A stretch of 44,611 nt of DNA. It comes from Paraspadella gotoi (taxonomy: Eukaryota > Animalia > Chaetognatha). The number at the start of each line of letters is the position of its first letter. Position 1 is the first letter of the stretch. Both the position numbers and the translations under genes were made by a program. Shown here in pieces: positions 38,001 to 44,611 of the stretch. The stretch is from positions 1-44,611 of the forward strand of contig JBJCIZ010000646.1 in NCBI GenBank assembly GCA_051294375.1, given 5' to 3'. The notes under the pieces were generated by a model. It was not told the DNA's origin and did no database searches. It saw nothing but the letters and a program-made list of their open reading frames with translations.

Positions 38001-38087
38001 GTCTACATCCGTCGAGATGGTCACTCCACACCTCTTCAACCACCCTATGACGGACCTTATGTCACAACCATCTTCACCACCCTATGA
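35019..38087 (+). CDS. pol: Retrotransposon Pol (protease, RT, RNase H, integrase), in the -1 frame relative to gag
   Basis: Frame open from 35019: LFYLRD...WLVDGGSE (PR), YLDD (RT), TVDASD (RH), HPG...CDAC, HIDLVGP/TDRG/GMIER (IN), PPYDGPY. The C-terminus continues in a shifted frame to ~38397. Confidence 0.93.
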   Translation, partial: NNGKHQRRRPLVARVAGQTQSNLFYLRDNDAGLEWLVDGGSEATLLPATDADRAAAQADPAGVKAALSAANLPPLRAANDSPIPVYGIREMNIRLGKQSFTYPVAIADVAIPILGADFMMQHHLGVDHQRRILLNLDDFSVITGHAHDCTTSTQPPRVLHVRDAYSSLLDERPELTQLVFSSNPPKHGVQHHIPTRGPPVHARARRLAPDQLAAAKDEFRKMEQLGIIRRSTSAWASPLHVVRKPDGSLRPCGDYRRLNSATCDDRYPIRHLMDFNADIAGKSIFSKIDLCKGYHQIPVAKEDRHKTAIITPFGLWEFNFMPFGLKNAGQDFQRMMDQVLSNIPHVFVYLDDLLVASSSHEEHMADLKRVFNALADNGLVVNRSKCVFGAPSLEFLGYFVDKDGVKPLPAKVDAIRNMPTPTSVKELQRFMGMFNYYRRFVPHAAHHLDPLLEALRGKPRSLKWAPAQDTAFRAIKDALAEATMLVHPIDGAPLALTVDASDVAVGAVLEQRVNTIWQPLGFFSKPLKAMQRKWPPFDKELLAAHHSIRHFRPYLEGRRFTLYSDHISLVPAVRKKAEAHTMRQAYQLAGIAEYTGDIRHISGKTNVVADALSRPPNAPAPNPEAPECPKAPTPTNTFDAQRAENDVTATINAIGALRINFHSMAADQEADDDVQRLMNDPHTALKLRRISMDGTTLICDVSGQRARPLVPATWRRRVFDATXXXXHPGVRASKRLITTRFVWPSIQSDISRWASSCDACQRSKVQRHIQAPLQHFDPPTRRFMHVHIDLVGPLPASSGHTHLLTMIDRFTRWPEVAPLRETSAASIANAFLQNWVSRFGVPRIVTTDRGAQFTSELWRQVAAVVGFDLTTTTAYHPQSNGMIERLHRSLKTALRTRCDTAGSNWLNQLPWILLALRATPRDDSNISPAELTLGEAPALPGELLPAPSTETDAEARNRILEELRADVALMQPLPAAWHNPSPSHIPETLASATRVYIRRDGHSTPLQPPYDGPYVTTIFTTL

Positions 38088-38470
38088 CGAACTTTATGTT
38101 GTCAATGAGCGAGGAGACAAGACTTTTCAAGTCCAAATCCCTGGCAGAGGCATTGAAACCATCTCAGTAGATCGCCTCAAGCCAGCCATAATCAATGAAG
38201 ACGCACCTCCTACTCCTCCTCAAGCACGTCCACGTGGACGACCTCGAAAAAACCCCTTCCTCCTGTTCCAATTATTCCATCACCCATTCCACCACCACCC
38301 CCCCACCATCACCCTCCATCATTCCCATCCTCAACCGTCCGGCAAGTTCGATTCCGAATCTGGTCAACTTACTACCCTCTATGCTTCAACCGCCTGAAGA
38401 TCAAGAGGAATAAAATCAACTATTCTCATAAGCCTTCGTCCCACCGGGCCAAAGGCTTGGTGGGGCGATG

Positions 38471-38676
38471 TGTGGCAACTCGAATGAACTGTTCACGCAA
38501 CCGTTACAACCGTATCAACCAAGCGACTCTCTCTCTCTCTCTCTCAATGTATTGTTTTATCGAATGGTCACTTAGTGAAACCAGACGTAGTCTTTTATTC
38601 CCGTTTCTCTCGTTTTACCTGTTTATTGAAGAATACATTCATTCTTGCTTTGAACCTTATCTCGATCATTGCCACA
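38471..38676 (+). repeat. 3' LTR (206 bp)
   Basis: Match to the 5' LTR; preceded by the G-rich tract AAAGGCTTGGTGGGGCGATG (weak PPT). Confidence 0.95.
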
Positions 38677-39422
38677 CTTTTAAGAATTTCCGTACGCAAT
38701 TTTCACTACGCTCTACTAAACAGTGAATGTAATTTTAACCAAATGAACACTTTGGAATTTCTATTATTAGCAAAACGAATTAAAATCAACTAATATATAT
38801 TTTGAAAACGGGTTTCGTGTCCAAAGATTTGAAGATAGTGTTTAGCTTAACGACACGAGAGAAAATTTAAAAAGAGAGAAGAAATAGCGTGACAAAGAAC
38901 GATGACGACTGCGACGACGAAGACGACGACGACCGACGATGATGACAGAAGATGACCCTCGATGCGTTTGTATAAACGAGAATGAAAAAGTTAATGGCAA
39001 TTATTATTGTCATTGAGGTTCAAAACTCAATACTAGGTTTACAAAACTATTATCTTTTCTTAAAGTAAAACAATAATTATGTGTATGTAAATTCATTTGT
39101 AAAATAATTTTACATCAAATGATTGGGCACCGCATTTTTTTTAATAAAAATCAAATTTTCATAAGACGCCTCAATTTTTTGCCTTTGGATGAAAAAAAAC
39201 TTCTTAGGAACAAAAACATGAAAAATCCTTCATGATTCTTTAGTCATCGCAATTTAGGAAATATAAGTTTCCTGTGGACGAAATAAATATTAGTTAATTA
39301 TTTATATATTTTAATAATTAAACTTTGTTTTTTATAGTGTATCGCTACAAACCAAAGAATAAATAGCAACAAAGAAACCAATTCTTTAAATATTGTCCAG
39401 TTTATTATTTTAAACGAAAACA

Positions 39423-41095
39423 ATGTGCGACGATGAGGTGAGTTTATTTTTTTTAAAGTTAAACTTAAAAATATAAATATTTTAAAAAGAGACAGTTAAT
39501 TAATTTATTATGTGTTAGTGATAGAACCATTCATTAAGCAGTCCCATGAGCTTCGGATCAGGCTGTAACAACCGAGATTACGGGCGGGGTTAAGCACCCG
39601 CGTCCCTCTTAACAAGCAAGGGCGACCACCGGGCTAGAACCCCGGGACACTGATGAACGGTTGGTGGAATTTAGTCCACCATTATTTAAAGATTCTAAAA
39701 CTTTAAAATTTATGTACTTTGGATTTTATACATTGAAATTTCTCTCTTTTAAATTATTTTTTCAAATCATATAATAATTAAATATTTTTTTTCAAACTAA
39801 CTTATTTATAATGCAATTATGATTGAAAAACTAACTTATGTGCGCTTCTCATACATGAACCTAGAGCACACATGTAAATTGGTTTGTTCGCCAAATCTAT
39901 CATTGATTGATTGATTGTCGGTTGTGAGGCAAGTTTGAGTTTCTATCAAACATTTAACCTAAACGAGGGCATTAAATCTAACTGAAGATAGACGGGTCTC
40001 ATGGACCAGTTATTATTTTTGCTTGACAGAAATAATTATTATCTTCCTGTGATCAAAATAATAATCTCTCTCGCAATTTCTAAGGAACTCCCAACTTCAG
40101 CGGGAGAAGAGTTAAAGATTTTCGCAGAGACAACATCGCTTGTCGGTTTAGCTCACGTTGTTGGCGATCGACAAAGATGGGCAAGGATTTTTTGGGCTCT
40201 TGCTTTTATGGGAGCATTGGCTGCTGCTCTGTATCAAGTTGCCTATTTGATACTGAAATACAGACGGTGAGAGTATTTGAGAAAACTATAGGAGTGAAAA
40301 AAAAAATTGAAAGCTAAATTTGAAATAAAATACATTTATTATTTGATAGTAAAATATCTTGTCAGAAATTTAAATGCAATTTTTACAAATAAAAATCTCA
40401 GAAAATTGCTTAATTATAACCATCCACAATTCAAACTTTAATTTTCAAATTTAGTTTGCGTAATGACCCTTATTTAATTATACTATTTCATAAAATTCTC
40501 CTTAGCTTAATTTTAATAAACGAAATGTCATATTTAGATTATTAGCTCTTATTGTTAAAATTTGAATATTTCCAGGTTTGAAGTGGCCACAGAAATCAGT
40601 TATCAAACTGCAAAACATCAAACTTTTCCTATCATCACAATTTGTAATTTGAATCCTGTGCAAGAAAGGAAAATCGCTGAAAATGAAGATTTGCTCAGGT
40701 TTTGACCTTAAGTTGTAAGATCATTAATTTAATGCAGTTATTGGTTTTTTTTCATATTTCAAAAAGATTGTATAACTACTATTTATACCCGGATGCATTC
40801 AACAAAACTCAAGAAGCTGAAATATTTGGTGAAGAAGAAGAATACGATGTAAGTTAATTATATGATTTCTTTTTTAATTAAAAATTCAATTAAGTAAATA
40901 ATCAACTTGAGAATACAATTAATTTCCTAATTTTAAAAACATCATTTCAGCCATCAAAAGATCCTGACTGCTTAAAATGGGGTTTTAACTACAATCAACA
41001 AGCAAATTCAAATGTCGATTCAGATGCAGACCCAGATGCAGACTCAGATGCAGACCCGGATGCAGACCCTGATGTAGACCCAGATGCAGGCCTTG
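39423..41095 (+). CDS. DEG/ENaC gene 2 (paralog), exons 1-5: 39423-39437, 40085-40266, 40576-40698, 40767-40848, 40951-41095; remainder not seen in the window
   Basis: MCDDE|ELPTSAGEE...LILKYRR|FEVATEISYQTAKHQTFPIITICNLNP...|LYNYYLYPDAF...|PSKDPDCLKWGFNY...; same intron positions and phases as gene 1. Confidence 0.88.
39541..39680 (-). mobile_element. GC-rich SINE-like insert in gene 2 intron 1
   Basis: B-box-like GGGTTCTAGCCC on the minus strand; GC island in an AT-rich intron. Confidence 0.3.
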
Positions 41096-41467
41096 GTATG
41101 GATTTTATCAGATGAATTTCTGTAACAATAAAACAGAGTCAAGAAAAATTAAATGTTATATAAAAGTTTATGTTATTAATTTGTACATTTGATAATATTG
41201 TTCAAGGTAGACACTTTGATATAATCAGGTTAATAAAACACTAACCCTAACCCTAACCCTAACCCCAATAAAAAAAATCTTAAAAGTATAAGGATCTCGA
41301 CAGACCTTACTTCAAAGAAAATTAATGAAAAATCGATATGAAAACAAAGAATAAGACACATTTTAACTTCCTCACTGCCTCACTAATGGAACTTGATACT
41401 AGATACATTGTTTGGTAGTTAAACCATAAACCGGAAAAAAAGATAGAAATTGTTTTTATTTTTGAGA

Positions 41468-41710
41468 TGATAGTCATTCATTGATGCGATGATAACCATA
41501 GTAATTGATTAATTGATTGATGTAATAGTAATTGATTATTGATGTAATAATATTGATTGATTGATATAATAATTGATTGATTGATGTAATAGTAATTGAT
41601 TGATTGATTGATGTAATAGTAATTTATTGATGCGACCAAATATTGATGCTATGATAACCAAATGATTGATGCGATGATAGTCATTCATTGACGCGATGAG
41701 TCATTCATCG
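41468..41710. repeat. (ATTG)n-based minisatellite flanked by direct repeats TGATAGTCATTCATTGA
   Basis: Direct reading. Confidence 0.7.
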
Positions 41711-42109
41711 TAAATAAAACAAACAAACGCGTGTATTAGGGCGTTGAAAAATAACGAAATATAACAAATCAAGTGAGGTACATAGCTATATTATGTGTAA
41801 TAAAGTGTGTAGAATTCGATTGATGATAACCATTTTTTTGTATAGTCTCATCTTCTTTGTCGGAAATGGCGATTTTTGCAGCATACAAGGTGCTATTAAA
41901 ATGGAGCAAACATTGTAGAGTATAAGAAATTCAAATTATTAAGATTTTTATAAAAGCCATATTTAACTTACATAATATTAAAATAAAGACCCATATAAAT
42001 ATTTTGGTAAGTTTATTTACAAATTTTATATTTATTAATAGTTTTGTTAGCTATATTTATTAATAAATAATAATAAAAAATAAGCTAAAGTGAAAAAATT
42101 AAATTTTTA

Positions 42110-42370
42110 ACTTTTAAAACCGGATTTGAATTCCTTACAAAAAGTTGATATAAGAAAGTATAATCCATTTAAAAAAAATTATTTCATTAAGTAGGTTAAA
42201 AATATAAAAACTATTATTTTTGTTTAATTTTCAATTTTTGGCTTAAAATTATAGTTTTTTATGAATTTTGACCACTTAAATGACATAATTATTTTTGATA
42301 TAAAAATTATTATTTTGTTATTATCAAACTTTTTGCAAAGAATGCAAATCCATAAAAAAAATTTTGAAAT
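42110..42370. mobile_element. Palindromic MITE-like element, same family as 32741-33090
   Basis: GGATTTGAATTCCTTACAAAAAGTTGATA... vs ...TCAAACTTTTTGCAAAGAATGCAAATCC. Confidence 0.55.
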
Positions 42371-42995
42371 TATTATTTTTTTAACTTTAACCTAATTTTT
42401 ATTCATAATTATTAATAAATATGTAGTTAATTATTTACTTTTTATAAAACATAAAATTTAGAAATAAACTTTACCAAAATATTTTTTATAAGTTCTTAGT
42501 TTTTATATTTCAAAAGCTCATATAAATTTTATTAAAATTTAATAATTTGATTTATCATAACTTATAATGGTTTTTGCCTATTTTATAACAATTTTATATA
42601 CTTTAAAACCGTCATTTTCCGACAAGAAAGATAAAAATTATACAAAAAAATGGTCATCACAATCGAGATTCGTACAAGACTTTACATTTTACCTAAATAG
42701 CCGTATGTACCGTCAGCTTGAATTTGTTATATTTTGTTATTTTTCAACGCTCTAGCGTGTATGAGTGTGAGAGATAGAGAGAGAGAGAGAGAGTGTACGA
42801 ACTTTGTTTCCAAACATAAAACGTATCCTGACTAAATCTCAGAGCCGTAAAATAAATCTACGAAAAACTCGGATGTAAATTTGGGATTTTGTATTGAGAA
42901 AAAAGCGCGGAATAAATGTCGATAATAAAAGTTTTTAGAAGGAAAAAAATAATCAGAATTTTTCGAAAAACGCACGATCACGCAAGAGATCTTAC

Positions 42996-43088
42996 AGAGA
43001 GAGACAGAGAGAGACAGATAGAGACAGAGAGAGACAAAGAGAGACAGAGAGAGACAGAGAGAGAGAGACACAGAGAGAGAGACACAGA

Positions 43089-43119
<31 letters not shown>
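42996..43119. repeat. (GA/GACA)n microsatellite; part of a dispersed repeat also at ~44372-44540
   Basis: AAAAGCGCGGAATAAATG...ATAATAAAAGTTTTTA precedes both tracts. Confidence 0.75.
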
Positions 43120-43349
43120 CCGCTGGACAGCCGCTTCAGAGCTGAACTCGTTTTTCGACGAATCTGAATAGGGTCGAACTCCTTTCCTTTTTATAAATAA
43201 ATATTAAAAAATAAATATTTGGGTATAGAGCCATATAAGAATTTTTTGGTACATTGAAAGTATAATTAAAAATGTATAAATTTTGGTTTGAGCAGGTTCT
43301 CATTCTAAATTTTTGACTCACCCGATTGAGAGGGGCTACCCCTATGCAG

Positions 43350-43380
<31 letters not shown>

Positions 43381-43513
43381 CGACATATAATTAAAAGAGA
43401 GAGAGAGAAGCTGAACAGCCTTTAATCGTCCGGTAGCGCCAAAGGACTCGGGTTCGAGCCCTGCTGATTCACACAAGAAAAGCGAAAAAAAAGTGAATAC
43501 AAATTTTTTTGGT

Positions 43514-44167
43514 AAAAAACAAGTTTGAGCAAACAATGTCGGATCTGCCCACGATCATTATCGGTAATTAATTAATTAATTAATTAATTAATTAAATTGA
43601 ATAATTAATTTGATTAATTTTTTATCTGAAATGTTTGTTTTGATTGATTGACTGATTAATTAATTATTGATTAATTAATTCACTAATTGATTAAGTAACT
43701 GATTAATTATTTTATTAATTAATACATCTTGCATTTACATTTAATATAAAAAGAAAAAGAAGCATAATCAATTAGTGAAACAGGTTTTTTGTTTTTTTCC
43801 ATTTCAACTCATTTCAACTCAAACGATTCTATCGAAACTTGATTTCCAGCTTAATCACACACTCTCCTACCCACATAAAAATTTCAGGTTAATCGCCCCA
43901 TCCACTCATGAATAATTGGTGTTCAAATAGTGAAATTAATTTTTTTTTGTTTTTTCCATTTAAACTCTTTTCCACTCGGACGATTCCATCGAAACTTCAT
44001 AACCAGCTCAATCACACACTTCCCTACCCAAACACAAAATTTCATTCCAATCCATCCATCCAATCACGAGTAATTAGAGTTTTTTGCTAATGTGGGACGG
44101 ACGGACGGACGGACGGACAAAGTGAATTATAGAGTCGGGATCTGCTGATAAGCAGATCCGACGAAAA
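43514..44167 (-). mobile_element. Helentron-associated non-autonomous element (HINE/DINE-1-like)
   Basis: Terminal hairpin GTCGGGATCTGCT-GATA-AGCAGATCCGAC (44134-44162), adjacent (GTCC)n, matching subterminal repeat GTCGGATCTGC at 43538-43548, CTTGTTTT end, T-run flanks. Confidence 0.7.
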
Positions 44168-44611
44168 GAGAGAGAGAGAGAGAGTTTTCCCGCCAACGAG
44201 ACGCATTATTAGGTCACTCTCGTTTATATCGGTTATCCGTTGCCTCGCAACGGCGGCGTGATCTTGGTCAAGTTGATTTTTTTTATCCACGTAACTTTTC
44301 CGTTGCCATCGAAACGCGTTATTAGGTCATGTTCCTCGACATTGTTTACTCGTTGCCCCGGAACGGCCACGAAAAAGCGCGGAATAAATGCCAATAATAA
44401 AAGTTTTTATAAGGAAAAAAAACGAACTATCGTACAGAGAGAGACAGAGACACACAGAGAGAGAGAGAGAGACAGACAGAAAGAGAGACAGAGAGAGAGA
44501 GAGACACTGNNNNNNNNNNAGACACTGAGAGAGAGAGACACTTTTTCTCTAATTTTCTTCAAAATTATTGAGAAAAAATCTTAAAAGTATAGTGATCTCG
44601 CCAGACCTTAC

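Larger units (their letters stand above)
33531..38676 (+). mobile_element. Full-length Ty3/Gypsy LTR retrotransposon, CsRn1-like clade
   Basis: Paired LTRs, CTTTT TSD (33526-33530 and 38677-38681), tRNA-Trp PBS, CHCC-type Gag knuckle, PR-RT-RH-IN order. Confidence 0.95.

Noticed and set aside
39645-39685. Hammerhead ribozyme at CTGATGA
   Set aside because: No downstream GAAA core or compatible stems found
43420-43470. tRNA gene at GGGTTCGAGCCC
   Set aside because: Only a B-box/T-loop-like motif; no cloverleaf; at most a SINE remnant

Overview
AT-rich, intron-containing animal-type genomic DNA; there are no prokaryotic operons, rRNA or CRISPR arrays. The core is a + strand DEG/ENaC (amiloride-sensitive/ASIC-like) channel locus. 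A 14-exon, ~598-aa gene can be rebuilt by hand, but it appears as three overlapping partial copies: A (3827-14842, indel-riddled), B (16151-~24905, clean exons 2-11) and C (~24915-31562, noisy exons 7-11, clean exons 12-14). These are most likely one gene triplicated by assembly or gap-filling. A diverged paralog starts at 39423 (exons 1-5 in the window). Between the two genes is a near-intact CsRn1-like Ty3/Gypsy LTR retrotransposon (33531-38676, tRNA-Trp PBS, CTTTT TSD). The introns hold MITEs, SINE-like and HINE-like elements, a second Gypsy fragment and satellites. Most notable observations: (i) a 73-bp minisatellite built from the exon-12 splice acceptor, placing ~12 stop-generating decoy acceptors upstream of the real one; (ii) a 31-bp array of splice donors after exon 7; (iii) joint substitution of both pore motifs (HG->VG, GxS->GFC); (iv) apparent exon-limited homogenisation of exon 2 between the paralogs. 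All of this was read by eye without alignment tools.
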